The notes: generated by a model from the sequence alone, not told the origin. 64,000 nucleotides of DNA from Polyangiaceae bacterium (GCA_965222375.1 CBDCTZ010000012.1:320001-384000), one strand, 5' to 3'; counted from the first letter of the stretch, positions 10,443 through 19,637 are shown. Program-made: numbers and translations.

Positions 10443-10862
10443 ATGCAGGAACACCCAAACCAGGGAACGGTTCGAGTACTTGTCGCCAAGCCAGGTCTGG
10501 ACGGGCATGACCGCGGCGCCAAGGTGGTGGCGCGCGCGCTGCGGGATGCCGGGTTCGAAGTCGTCTACACAGGCCTGCACCAAACGCCGGAGATGATCGC
10601 AACGGCCGCAGTTCAAGAAGATGTCGACGCAGTGGGGCTTTCCATCATGAGCGGGGCCCACAACACGCTGTTTCCAGCGGTCATCGATGCGCTGAAGCAA
10701 CATGGTGGCGACGACATCCTCGTGTTCGGCGGAGGCATCGTCCCGGACGAGGACATGCCTCGACTGGAGGCCGCCGGGGTGAAGAAGGTGTTCAAGCCTG
10801 GCACCACTCTCGCGGAAATCGTCGACTGGGTGCGGCAGAACGTGTCCGCCAAGGGTCTCTAG
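10443..10862 (+). CDS. Cobalamin-binding domain protein (methylmalonyl-CoA/acyl-CoA mutase small subunit)
   Basis: [12 protein letters not shown] (DxHxxG), GLSIMSGAH and FGGG motifs. Confidence 0.93.
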   Translation: MQEHPNQGTVRVLVAKPGLDGHDRGAKVVARALRDAGFEVVYTGLHQTPEMIATAAVQEDVDAVGLSIMSGAHNTLFPAVIDALKQHGGDDILVFGGGIVPDEDMPRLEAAGVKKVFKPGTTLAEIVDWVRQNVSAKGL

Positions 10863-11019
10863 CTTATCCGATTATCCGGATGCTCGGATGTTCTCGGTCT
10901 CGAAGGAGGGCGCCGCAATGTTTTTCCCGCCTTGCATTGTTTGCGTAGCCCCCCAGTTTCGCGCAGCCGATGCGGCCCAAAACCCCCAGGAAATGACGGC
11001 ATTGGGCTGCGCAGGAGCT

Positions 11020-11035
11020 GGGCACGGCTCCTGCT
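11020..11035 (+). promoter_or_regulatory. Candidate sigma54 (-24/-12) promoter of the VWA/Cys-rich lipoprotein operon
   Basis: GGGCACGGCTCCTGCT has GG-N10-GC and matches 10/12 of TGGCACR-N4-TTGCW. It is intergenic, 75 bp before the ATG at 11110. Confidence 0.55.
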
Positions 11036-11109
11036 ATGCTGCTGCTAGATGATTGGGCTTTGGAGCGCGTTGCGCACGGCAGCCGACGGACGGCACCTTG
11101 GGAGGCGCG

Positions 11110-13779
11110 ATGCGGCTCAGAACTGAGCGGACCCGATTCTGGACCTGGGCACGACTGACGCTGGGCGCCGCCGTCAGCGGTCTGGTTCTTCTGCCCATTG
11201 CCTGCTCGGAGGATGACCGAGCTCCGCCCGCAAGCTCTAGCACTGGTGGGGTGGGCAACGCGCCAAGCGTCGGGCCGTGCACGGCAGGAGCCAGTCAGAA
11301 ATGCGGTGTCACTTTGGGTGAGCACAACGGCGTACTCAGCTGCTACGTCGGTACTCAGTACTGCGAAGAGGGGGTCTGGGGTCAGTGCACGGGTGGCGAA
11401 GTCGTCAACAAGCCGTCCAGCAAGTCCAAGAACGCCCCGGGTTCGAAGACTCGTGCCCTCGGGCCACCGACACCGTGCACCAACAACCCCTGCGATCCGT
11501 ATTGTCAGAACTACGACGAGCCAGTGCCGGACGGCGGAGTGGGGCCCGATGCGGATCAGAGTTTCCTTTGGCCCACAGGCGGTCTCGGAGACTTGCCGGG
11601 CGGGTCGGTCAACAAGGCACTCAAGGAGCCATGCTTCTCGGCATTGGACTGTCAGCTAAACAACTATTGCAAGGAACCGAAGACCGGTACTTCCTGCGCG
11701 CACAGCAAGTGTGAGACCGGTACCGGGCTGGATGCGACTTGCGATACCTGCGTCGGGATGATCTGCGCCGCGGACCCAACTTGCTGTCCGCCGACGTTCG
11801 ACCCCAGTTGCGACCACGACCCTTGTCTGACCGGCACTTACCTCAAGGCTGCTTGTGACCCGTGCGTCGCGCAGATCTGCGCGGCGCCTGGGCTTGCGTA
11901 TTGCTGCACCGTCGGTGCGCCCTGGGATGCAGCTTGTCAGGCTGCGGTTTCATCAGTTTGTGGATTGAACTGCGGCGCCACGTGGAGTCAGTCCTGCGTC
12001 AACCAGGTCAAATCCGTCTGCGACGCCCAATGCGGCACCGGCGCACCACCGCCCGAGTCCGCCCAATGCGAACCCTGGCTGCCGGGTGAGACGGATCCGA
12101 CCTGTGCCGGCGTCGACCTTTCCGGCGGCATTCCGTGCGGCACGACGATTCCTGTGTGCAATCACGGCAACACAGCCGCGCCGGCCGGCATCCGCATCAT
12201 TCACTTCCCTGAAAGCGCCAATCAGTTCGCGTCAACCACACCGGATCAAACCGACCTGCAGATGTTGGAGTGTCTGACCAATGCGCCCATCCCGCCAGGC
12301 CAGTGCGTCAGTTTCGATTGCCCGAATCTCGGCAACACCGGCAACCGAGACGTGATGATCAACCCACCGCCCGGCAACGGCCTTAGTCAGAGCCCCGAGT
12401 GCTCCTACCTGGACAACTGGACTATTTACGCGCCCGGAACTGCATGCGGCGTACCTTCCTGCGCCGGCGGCTCCGAGCTTGTGCATTTCGAACCCGTCAT
12501 CATGTACGTCCAGATCGACAAGTCTGGGTCCATGGGCGGCACGAAGTGGGATGGAACCATCAATGCCATGACGGCGTTCTTCCAGAGCCCAGGTGCGGCG
12601 GGTCTTGGTGCGGCCCTCGAGTTCTTTCCGTTGCCCGTTGGCGTGACGGCAGGCGACGGCTGTGGCGATGCCAGCTGTGTGGGAGGCAATTGCGCCATTC
12701 CACCCTGCGCCAACCCCATGGTGCCCGCGGGCTTCCTGACGGCGGCAGTCGGGGAACCCCAAGAGCTGGCGCTGGTGGCTGGACTCAATAGTCAAGCTCC
12801 GGGCGGCGGCACGCCAACCTACCCAGCCCTTGCTGGTGCGCTGAGTTGGGCCACCACGCAACAGGCCGCGGACCCTGACTCCAATTACATCGCTGTCCTG
12901 ATCACGGACGGTGATGCCACCCAGTGCACGACTGACACCGCGAGCCTGTCCGCATTGGCGCAGAACGCCTTCAACAATAGTGGCGTCCGCACCTACACCA
13001 TCGGCATGGACGGCGCGAACATCACGGCATTGGACTCCATCGCGGCGGCCGGCGGAACGACTCAGGCTATTGTGATTCAGGGCACCAATCAGAACAACAT
13101 CGAAGCGCAGCTGGTTTCCACGTTCCAGGGGATCGCTTCTTCCAACATCAGCTGTACGTTCCCGCTGCCCTCGTCCGGGAACTTCGACCCCAACAACGTG
13201 ACTATGGTGCGCACTTCCAGCACGAACGTGCAGACTACGGTGCCCCAGGTCACGAATGCGGCTGCGTGCGTCGGAGATGGTTGGTATTTCGACGACAACT
13301 TGAATCCGACCGCGATCACCCTGTGCACCACGAGCTGCACCGCGGTGCAGACGGATCCGGGCGCTAGCATTGGACTTTCGGTGGGCTGCCCTCAGGTGTT
13401 CCTGCCCACGACGATGCGCCAGGTCTACGAGGCCCAATGTCCTGCGGGCACCAAGCCCCAATGGGGCTTCATGTCCTACGACACGACTACGCCATCCACC
13501 GCCACGGTGCAGTTCAACGCGCGCACTGCAACCACTCAGGCTGGTCTTTCCGCAGCGGGATTCACTTCCCTTGCTACGGCGCAGGCAAGCCCGGATACTC
13601 AGGTTTGCCCGCTGGCCGGCCCGGCGCCCTGCCCACTGGATCTGTACACGCTGCTCGGAACGCCGGATGCTAGGTACCCATGGCTCGAACTCGAGGCGAT
13701 TCTCACTCCAAGTCCAAGTACCGCGGCGCCCATCTTGAACGATTGGCAGATCACATATTCCTGTCCGCCCGCCGAGTGA
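11110..13779 (+). CDS. Cys-rich lipoprotein with von Willebrand A (MIDAS) domain, adhesin-like
   Basis: ATG 11110 follows GGAGG, lipobox PIAC. MIDAS elements DKSGS, GGTPT and LITDG. Many Cys-rich modules. Confidence 0.85.
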   Translation: MRLRTERTRFWTWARLTLGAAVSGLVLLPIACSEDDRAPPASSSTGGVGNAPSVGPCTAGASQKCGVTLGEHNGVLSCYVGTQYCEEGVWGQCTGGEVVNKPSSKSKNAPGSKTRALGPPTPCTNNPCDPYCQNYDEPVPDGGVGPDADQSFLWPTGGLGDLPGGSVNKALKEPCFSALDCQLNNYCKEPKTGTSCAHSKCETGTGLDATCDTCVGMICAADPTCCPPTFDPSCDHDPCLTGTYLKAACDPCVAQICAAPGLAYCCTVGAPWDAACQAAVSSVCGLNCGATWSQSCVNQVKSVCDAQCGTGAPPPESAQCEPWLPGETDPTCAGVDLSGGIPCGTTIPVCNHGNTAAPAGIRIIHFPESANQFASTTPDQTDLQMLECLTNAPIPPGQCVSFDCPNLGNTGNRDVMINPPPGNGLSQSPECSYLDNWTIYAPGTACGVPSCAGGSELVHFEPVIMYVQIDKSGSMGGTKWDGTINAMTAFFQSPGAAGLGAALEFFPLPVGVTAGDGCGDASCVGGNCAIPPCANPMVPAGFLTAAVGEPQELALVAGLNSQAPGGGTPTYPALAGALSWATTQQAADPDSNYIAVLITDGDATQCTTDTASLSALAQNAFNNSGVRTYTIGMDGANITALDSIAAAGGTTQAIVIQGTNQNNIEAQLVSTFQGIASSNISCTFPLPSSGNFDPNNVTMVRTSSTNVQTTVPQVTNAAACVGDGWYFDDNLNPTAITLCTTSCTAVQTDPGASIGLSVGCPQVFLPTTMRQVYEAQCPAGTKPQWGFMSYDTTTPSTATVQFNARTATTQAGLSAAGFTSLATAQASPDTQVCPLAGPAPCPLDLYTLLGTPDARYPWLELEAILTPSPSTAAPILNDWQITYSCPPAE

Positions 13780-15140
13780 TGCCGCAGCGCCATCCATTGC
13801 TCATCAGGGTAGGAGCACTGAGTGCGGCGCTCGCTCTAGCTGCATCTGCGTGTGGGGGAGGCGACGACCGACCTGCTCCCGCGGCGGGGGGCGGCACCGG
13901 CACCGGAGCGACCGGTGGTTCCGGAGGTGGAAGCGGAGGCAGTGGTGGGAGCGCAGGCAGCGGTGGGAGCGCAGGCGGCGCCGCGGGTGCTAGCGGCGCC
14001 GGAGCCGACGCAGGCGGCGCGAGTGGCGGTGATGCCGGCGGAGCGGGCGGGGCGACCGGTGGCACGGGTGGTGCCTCAGGCGTGTGCGGCAACACCATCC
14101 GCGAAGGCAATGAGGAGTGCGACGGAGGCGATCTCGGCGGGATCCAGTGCTTCCAACTCGGTTTCGAAGGTGGCGCTTTGAAATGCATGCCTACGGGATG
14201 CAAGTTCGACAAGTCCGGCTGCTTCGGGACCGAGAACTGCTACGACGGCAAGGACAACGACGGTGACGGCAACGCAGATTGCGCGGATTCGGACTGCAGC
14301 GCTGCTTGCGCTGCCAGCAGCTGCAGCGCGCCCGTGAACCTGGCGGATCCCTCCACCATCAACGGCGATACCACGGGACACGCGTCGACTCTCGAGTCCT
14401 CCTGCGCCACGGGAACCGGTGGGGCCGAGATTCTGTATGAGGTCACGGCGAAGAACGCCGGCGTGTTCGAAGTGGCACTGACGCCCAAAGCGGCGCTCAC
14501 CCTTTCTGTTCGGACGACCTGTCTGTCAGCGGCCTCGGAGTTGGGCTGTAGTATCGGCGGCCGGATCAAGGTGCCGTCCACGGCAGGCCAGAAGTTCTTC
14601 GTACTCGTGGACGGTAACGATGCGGCCACTAGCGGTGGCTTCACGATCGACGCCGAGAGCCGAGGCATCGCTTGTGGCGACGCCCATCGTGACGGCACGG
14701 AAGAGTGCGACGACGGGGGCAAGACGTCCGGAGATGGCTGCAGCGCAACCTGCAAGCTGGAGAGTGACGAAACCGAGCCCAACGCCACCAGCGCGCAAGC
14801 CAGTGGCTACGTGGTGGACTACGCAGCGGCCATCACCCCAGCGGGGGATGTTGACGTCATCAAGTTCACGATGCCTTCGGGCAAGACCGGCATGACCGTA
14901 GATACCTTCGACTTTGGCGATGGCGCCTGTTCCAAGGGCGAACTGGATAGCTTCCTGGAGATCTTGGGGACCGACGGCAGCAGCGTGCTCGCTTCGGATG
15001 ACGATGGCGGCCAAGGAGCCTGCGCCAAAGCGACCGCCACGGGTCTTTCTCCGGGCTCCGTCTACTTCATTCGAGTGACCGCCTCGAGCTTCGGCGCTGT
15101 TAAGACTTTCCCGTACCGCTTGGCCATTCAGACGAACTGA
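13779..15140 (+). CDS. Gly-linker lipoprotein with myxobacterial Cys-rich repeats and PPC-like C-terminal domains
   Basis: TGATG coupling with the upstream gene, lipobox ASAC and a Gly/Ala/Ser linker. Repeats CGNTIREGNEECD and CGDAHRDGTEECDDG…DGCSATC, plus DNDGDGNADC and C-terminal DSFLEILG…ASDDDGG. Confidence 0.85.
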   Translation: MPQRHPLLIRVGALSAALALAASACGGGDDRPAPAAGGGTGTGATGGSGGGSGGSGGSAGSGGSAGGAAGASGAGADAGGASGGDAGGAGGATGGTGGASGVCGNTIREGNEECDGGDLGGIQCFQLGFEGGALKCMPTGCKFDKSGCFGTENCYDGKDNDGDGNADCADSDCSAACAASSCSAPVNLADPSTINGDTTGHASTLESSCATGTGGAEILYEVTAKNAGVFEVALTPKAALTLSVRTTCLSAASELGCSIGGRIKVPSTAGQKFFVLVDGNDAATSGGFTIDAESRGIACGDAHRDGTEECDDGGKTSGDGCSATCKLESDETEPNATSAQASGYVVDYAAAITPAGDVDVIKFTMPSGKTGMTVDTFDFGDGACSKGELDSFLEILGTDGSSVLASDDDGGQGACAKATATGLSPGSVYFIRVTASSFGAVKTFPYRLAIQTN

Positions 15141-15314
15141 GCCGGCGCAGGGAAACGCTTCGATAAGAGGGTTTGGGGAATGGCGCGCTCTGCGCGTCAT
15201 CGACAGTTCATCGCGGACCGCCCGGGTGCGAGCCGCGGGCGGCCGCGGGCGAGAGGCCTAGCGACGTCGGAGCCATCAGGGCCCAGAACAGCTCTGTTGC
15301 TATCCCAAAAAAGC

Positions 15315-15509
15315 TCAGGCGGCCCGGCGGCGGCTCGCGGGCTGCGCGCGGGGCGGCCGAGGCAGCGGCGTGACCGAGGGGTAGCGCGTGCCGGTTTCGA
15401 CACGCTGCCGGGTCGGGAGCTTTGCCGCACTGCGTCGCGGCTGCAGGCGCACGGTTCCGAGGAACAACAGAGTGGCGGCGAGGGCGGGGAGGGCGGCGAG
15501 GAAGAGCAT
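15315..15509 (-). CDS. Putative 64-aa membrane-anchored microprotein
   Basis: MLFLAALPALAATLLFLGTV followed by an Arg/Pro-rich tail ending RRRAA. It lies in a gap with no other convincing gene and has a strong sigma54 motif just upstream. Confidence 0.5.
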   Translation of the reverse strand: MLFLAALPALAATLLFLGTVRLQPRRSAAKLPTRQRVETGTRYPSVTPLPRPPRAQPASRRRAA

Positions 15510-15526
15510 GGGGTTGTTCTGGGTTG

Positions 15527-15542
15527 AGCAAGGCATGTGCCC
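15527..15542 (-). promoter_or_regulatory. Candidate sigma54 promoter of the microprotein
   Basis: Minus strand GGGCACATGCCTTGCT, 11/12 match to TGGCACR-N4-TTGCW. Predicted +1 near 15516. Confidence 0.6.
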
Positions 15543-15667
15543 CGCTCCGGAGGCGAGACTCTAGGGAAAAGCTGAGGTTTTGGGCAACCCCTGGGTTTGG
15601 CGAGACACCCGGGCGTGGGCTGCTGGACACGAACCCTGGGGCGGTTTGAACCCAGCATCGGCACAGG

Positions 15668-15676
15668 TTGTCCACA
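15668..15676 (+). promoter_or_regulatory. DnaA-box-like site upstream of the dcw promoter
   Basis: TTGTCCACA, one mismatch from TTATCCACA. Confidence 0.4.
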
Positions 15677-15763
15677 GGCTCACAGTTACTGAACGCATAA
15701 GCATGTGGGGGCTAGGTCGCTCTCAGGTGCTTGGAATTATTGAGAAAGAGGTCTGCCGACTTG

Positions 15764-15793
15764 TTGACAGGTTGGGTCCTGGCCCTCTAGTTT
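15764..15793 (+). promoter_or_regulatory. sigma70-type promoter of the mraZ/dcw operon
   Basis: Perfect -35 TTGACA (15764-15769), 18-bp spacer, -10 TAGTTT (15788-15793). Confidence 0.7.
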
Positions 15794-15804
15794 CGCCTAG
15801 GTCA

Positions 15805-15850
15805 GTGGGAGAAAGTGGGGCGAAGTGTCGCTCTAACCCAACTGGTGGCA
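15805..15850 (+). promoter_or_regulatory. MraZ-binding direct repeats
   Basis: GTGGGA (15805), GTGGGG (15815), GTGTCG (15825) and GTGGCA (15845) lie in 10-bp register between the promoter and the mraZ ATG. This matches the known (G)TGG(G) MraZ operator architecture. Confidence 0.75.
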
Positions 15851-15854
15851 AGAG

Positions 15855-16304
15855 ATGTTTCGCGGTCAATTCACCCACTCAATCGACACGAAAGGACGCG
15901 TCAGTCTTCCAGCGCGTTTTCGTGACGCGTTGGTGGTGGATGGAGACGCGCGCTTCATCCTGACGCCGGCCCTCTTCGACCCGTGTCTGCACCTGCACCC
16001 CATGCGGGCGTGGCAAGCATTGGAAGACAAGGTCAGCGAGCTGCCCAGTTTCGATCCGAACATCGTTCGCTTCCGCCGCTTGTACATCTCCGCGGCGATC
16101 GAGTGCGAACTCGACAAAGCGGGACGGGTGCTCGTGCCGCCGGCGCTGCGCGAGCGCGCACACGTGAACAAGGATGTGCTCTGGGCGGGCATGGGTCGCA
16201 CCGTCGAACTCTGGGCGAAGGAACGCTGGGAGGCAGAACTCTCGATGTCGCCGGAGGAGGAACAGGACTTCAGGCGCGCCGTGATGGAGCAGATCAGGAT
16301 ATGA
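15855..16304 (+). CDS. mraZ: Division/cell-wall cluster transcriptional repressor MraZ
   Basis: MFRGQFTHSIDTKGRVSLP and LDKAGRVLVP motifs. First gene of the dcw cluster. Confidence 0.97.
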   Translation: MFRGQFTHSIDTKGRVSLPARFRDALVVDGDARFILTPALFDPCLHLHPMRAWQALEDKVSELPSFDPNIVRFRRLYISAAIECELDKAGRVLVPPALRERAHVNKDVLWAGMGRTVELWAKERWEAELSMSPEEEQDFRRAVMEQIRI

Positions 16305-17230
16305 CGAACGTGGCAGCACTCTACGACGAGCCTCCCCAGTACCGTCACGTGACCGTGATGGCCGATGAGGTCTTGGCGGCCCTAGCGGTCGATCGCGGCG
16401 GCGTGTTCTTGGACGTGACAGCTGGGGGCGGCGGACACTCCCGCGCCATTCTAGAAGCGAGCGAATCCGCGCGAGTCATCGCCTTCGATCGCGATCCCGA
16501 CGCGATTGGCGCAACCCAAGCGCGCCTCAGCGAATTTGGCGCGCGGGCGCAGATCGTACGAGCGAGCTTTGACGCGATCGAGGCCTACCTGCGCCAGGCT
16601 GGAGTGGGCCCCGTCGCTGGGCTCATCGCCGATCTCGGCGTCAGTTCCCATCAGCTCGACGACCCGTCCCGGGGCATGAGCTTTCGGACCGAGGGCCCCT
16701 TGGACATGCGCATGGATCCGGACGGTGAGGAGACGGCCCAGGAACTGATTGAGCGGGTGAGCCAGGATGAGCTGGCGGATCTGATTTACACCTACGGTGA
16801 GGAGCGCCGCTCGCGCCGGGTGGCCCGCTGCATCAAGCAAGCCTCGGAGCGCGGCGAGCTCGAGACCACCCTGGATTTGCGGCGGGCGGTCGTGCGTGCC
16901 GTTGGCCCGCGCCGGGTGGGCGGCATCGATCCAGCCACCCGGACGTTTCAAGCGTTGAGGATCGCCGTGAACGGAGAACTCGACCAACTGAAAGAGCTGC
17001 TTGCCCTGGCGGAGCGGGTAGTGGCGCCCGGTGGCATCGCGACGTTCATCAGTTTTCATTCTTTGGAAGACCGCCTCGTCAAGCGCGCCTTGCGCCAGCG
17101 AAGCGTGTGGCGGGCGCTCACCAAGAAGCCGGTTGTCGCGTCCGCGGCTGAGCAGGCAGACAACCCGCGAGCCCGCAGCGCGAAACTGCGCGCTGCGGAG
17201 CGAGTCGAAGGCGAGGAGGCTGTGACGTGA
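16301..17230 (+). CDS. rsmH: 16S rRNA m4C1402 methyltransferase RsmH (MraW)
   Basis: DVTAGGGGHS, DLGVSSHQLD, LDMRMD, ISFHSLEDR and NPRARSAKLR. ATGA overlap with mraZ. Confidence 0.97.
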   Translation: MTNVAALYDEPPQYRHVTVMADEVLAALAVDRGGVFLDVTAGGGGHSRAILEASESARVIAFDRDPDAIGATQARLSEFGARAQIVRASFDAIEAYLRQAGVGPVAGLIADLGVSSHQLDDPSRGMSFRTEGPLDMRMDPDGEETAQELIERVSQDELADLIYTYGEERRSRRVARCIKQASERGELETTLDLRRAVVRAVGPRRVGGIDPATRTFQALRIAVNGELDQLKELLALAERVVAPGGIATFISFHSLEDRLVKRALRQRSVWRALTKKPVVASAAEQADNPRARSAKLRAAERVEGEEAVT

Positions 17231-17562
17231 AAGGCGGACGCCCCTTCCTGACGCTTTGGACGCTAGCGGTCATCGCCGCGTCCTCCGCTTTCGTTCTGTA
17301 CTTGGGCATGCGGGTGAAGACCGTAGAGCTCGGTTACGAGCTTGGGCGGTCTCACGCGCGAGTGGCTCGCCTGCGCGAGGTGAAGCGCGTGCTCGAACTC
17401 GAATTGTCCAGCCACAAGACGCCCGAGCGCGTGGATCTCGTTGCGCGCAGCCTGCTGGGAATGAGTGAGCCATCGCCGGACCGCATCATCTCCGCGGGAT
17501 TCAGTCCTGAAGTGAAGCCCGAAGAGGAAGAGCTGGATGCGCCGGCGGGGGCGCAGCCGTGA
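17227..17562 (+). CDS. ftsL: Cell division protein FtsL
   Basis: Single TM segment plus coiled coil, PERVDLVARSLLGM, located between rsmH and ftsI. Confidence 0.85.
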   Translation: MKGGRPFLTLWTLAVIAASSAFVLYLGMRVKTVELGYELGRSHARVARLREVKRVLELELSSHKTPERVDLVARSLLGMSEPSPDRIISAGFSPEVKPEEEELDAPAGAQP

Positions 17563-19637
17563 GAAGCCTCGACACCCCGCGGGGGCGTTACATCCGAATG
17601 CGCATGGGGCTGCTATGCGGCCTATTGGCGTTCGGCTTGGGGCTCGTACTGTCGGCGGCCTATGACTTGATGATCGCCGAAGGTTCGGCCTGGCGAGAGT
17701 TGGCGGAGAAACAACGTCAGCGCCGACTGCACGTGGCCCCGAAACGAGGCACGATCTACGATCGCAACGGCAGCGCCTTGGCAGTTAGCGTCGAAGTTCC
17801 GAGTGTCTCTCTGGATGCCGTCGAACTGCTCCGCGGAGTACCGCCTCAGAAGATCCCGGTGGTGGCTCGAGATGGCGCCAACCGAATCGCGGCAGCTCTG
17901 GGCCTGGATCCCGCGTTGGTGGAGCGGAAGATCTTGGCCAAGCGCCGGTTCTCCTGGCTGAAGCGCCGCATCACCAGTCAAGAAGCAGAGGCGATACGCA
18001 AGCTGTCTTCGCGCAAGGAGTCCGGCAAGAATCGAGTGCGAGGGTTGATTGTCGAAGGGGAGGGCAAGCGCTACCACCCCCGTCGCGCACTGGCTGGCCC
18101 ATTGCTCGGCTTTGTGGCGCCGGATGGCGAGGGCAAAGACGGCTTCGAATTGAGTATGAATCGCGAGCTCAAAGGACACGTGGAACAGCTGCGTGGGCTA
18201 CGAGACCGTTCGGGGCGCCTGATCTTCTCCGACGGCATTCACGACGAGCAAGCGCTGGCCGGGCACAACCTCTACTTGAGCATCGATCAGGGCATTCAGT
18301 ACACCGCAGAGCGGGAGTTGGCGAACGCCGCACGCACCTTCGAGGCGCAGGGTGGATCCGTCATCGTGGTCGACCCCTACACCGGTGAGGTCCTCGCAAT
18401 GGCGAGTTGGCCTGGCTACAACCCGAACGACTACGGCGAAAGCGAGCCGGCTTCACGACGCACCCGTGGCCTGACTGACGCCTTCGAGCCAGGTTCGACG
18501 ATGAAGATCTTCACCATCGCGGCCGGGTTGAGCGCTGGGGTGATCACGCCGACCCAGAAGCTCTTCTGCGAGAAGGGGCTGATGGCCGTCGACAACGTGA
18601 CCATTCGCGACACGCACCCCGCGGGTTGGCTGACGGTCTCGCAGGTGTTGGCCGTTTCCTCTAATATTTGTGCGGCCAAGATCGGGCTGAGCGCTGGCGG
18701 CAACAAGTTGTACGACTCCCTGTTGCGCTTCGGGTTTGGGCAGCGGTCCGGCGTGCCTTTGCCCGGTGAGGCCAGCGGGACCCTACGACCTCGGGGGCGG
18801 CCTTGGGTGCAGGTGGAAACCGCCGCAGCGTCCTTCGGTCAGGGCATCAGCGTGACCAATCTGCAGTTGGCGATGGCGACTGCGTCGTTGGCGAACGGTG
18901 GGCGCTTGTTGGAGCCCATCATCGTGAAGCGCGTCACGACGGCGACGGGTGAGCTGGTCCGCGAAGCGGCTCCTCGAGTCCGACGCCGAGTCGTGCCGCG
19001 CCGCGTAGCTGCCACGCTGGCTGAGATGATGGTGGCGGTCACCGAGGGTGAAGGCACCGGGCTCGAGGCTGCTATCGACGGCTACCAAGTAGCCGGCAAG
19101 ACCGCGACCGCGCAGAAGATCGACCCCACCACGGGTCGCTATTCGCTCGACAAGTACGTGGGCTCCTTCGTGGGCTTCGTGCCGGCCAAGAAGCCCGTCG
19201 TGGCAATTGCGGTGATGTTGGACGAGCCCATGGTCGAACATGCTGGCGGCGCTGTCGCAGCCCCGATCTTTCGCAACGTGGCGCGCATGGCCCTCAAGTA
19301 CAAGGGCTTGACGCCGAAGGGCACGGATCGGGTGGATGTTGCATCCCTGGGCAGCAAACCGGATCCGGCGCATGCAGCCTACGAAGTGCTGCGTGCGGCC
19401 AAGGGCGCGAAACCTCCGGTTCAGGTCGCGTTGCCAAAAGCGCGGCTGCGTGCGGGTAGTGTGCGAGTCCCGGACATGACTGGGTGGCCAGTTCGAGAAG
19501 CGGTTCGCCGTGCTGCCGAACTGGGTCTGTCGGCGAAGGTCGTGGGCAGCGGTCTGCTCTCCAAGCAAACGCCACAGCCCAATGGCGTCGTCAAGAAGGG
19601 TGGCAGCGTAGTTCTGGTCTTCGAGCCTGCCACATGA
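17559..19637 (+). CDS. ftsI: Peptidoglycan D,D-transpeptidase FtsI (PBP3) with C-terminal PASTA domain
   Basis: RGTIYDRNG, EPGSTMK (SxxK), SSN, GKTAT and a PASTA-like VPDMTGW. Confidence 0.95.
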   Translation: MRSLDTPRGRYIRMRMGLLCGLLAFGLGLVLSAAYDLMIAEGSAWRELAEKQRQRRLHVAPKRGTIYDRNGSALAVSVEVPSVSLDAVELLRGVPPQKIPVVARDGANRIAAALGLDPALVERKILAKRRFSWLKRRITSQEAEAIRKLSSRKESGKNRVRGLIVEGEGKRYHPRRALAGPLLGFVAPDGEGKDGFELSMNRELKGHVEQLRGLRDRSGRLIFSDGIHDEQALAGHNLYLSIDQGIQYTAERELANAARTFEAQGGSVIVVDPYTGEVLAMASWPGYNPNDYGESEPASRRTRGLTDAFEPGSTMKIFTIAAGLSAGVITPTQKLFCEKGLMAVDNVTIRDTHPAGWLTVSQVLAVSSNICAAKIGLSAGGNKLYDSLLRFGFGQRSGVPLPGEASGTLRPRGRPWVQVETAAASFGQGISVTNLQLAMATASLANGGRLLEPIIVKRVTTATGELVREAAPRVRRRVVPRRVAATLAEMMVAVTEGEGTGLEAAIDGYQVAGKTATAQKIDPTTGRYSLDKYVGSFVGFVPAKKPVVAIAVMLDEPMVEHAGGAVAAPIFRNVARMALKYKGLTPKGTDRVDVASLGSKPDPAHAAYEVLRAAKGAKPPVQVALPKARLRAGSVRVPDMTGWPVREAVRRAAELGLSAKVVGSGLLSKQTPQPNGVVKKGGSVVLVFEPAT

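Noticed and set aside
15658..15690. Replication origin
   Set aside because: Only one good DnaA-like box, no AT-rich unwinding element and no dnaA/dnaN nearby.
15141..15854. RNase P RNA or another known ncRNA upstream of mraZ
   Set aside because: No GAGGAAAGTCC or 3' CGGCTTA signature on either strand. The gap is better explained by promoters and the small ORF.
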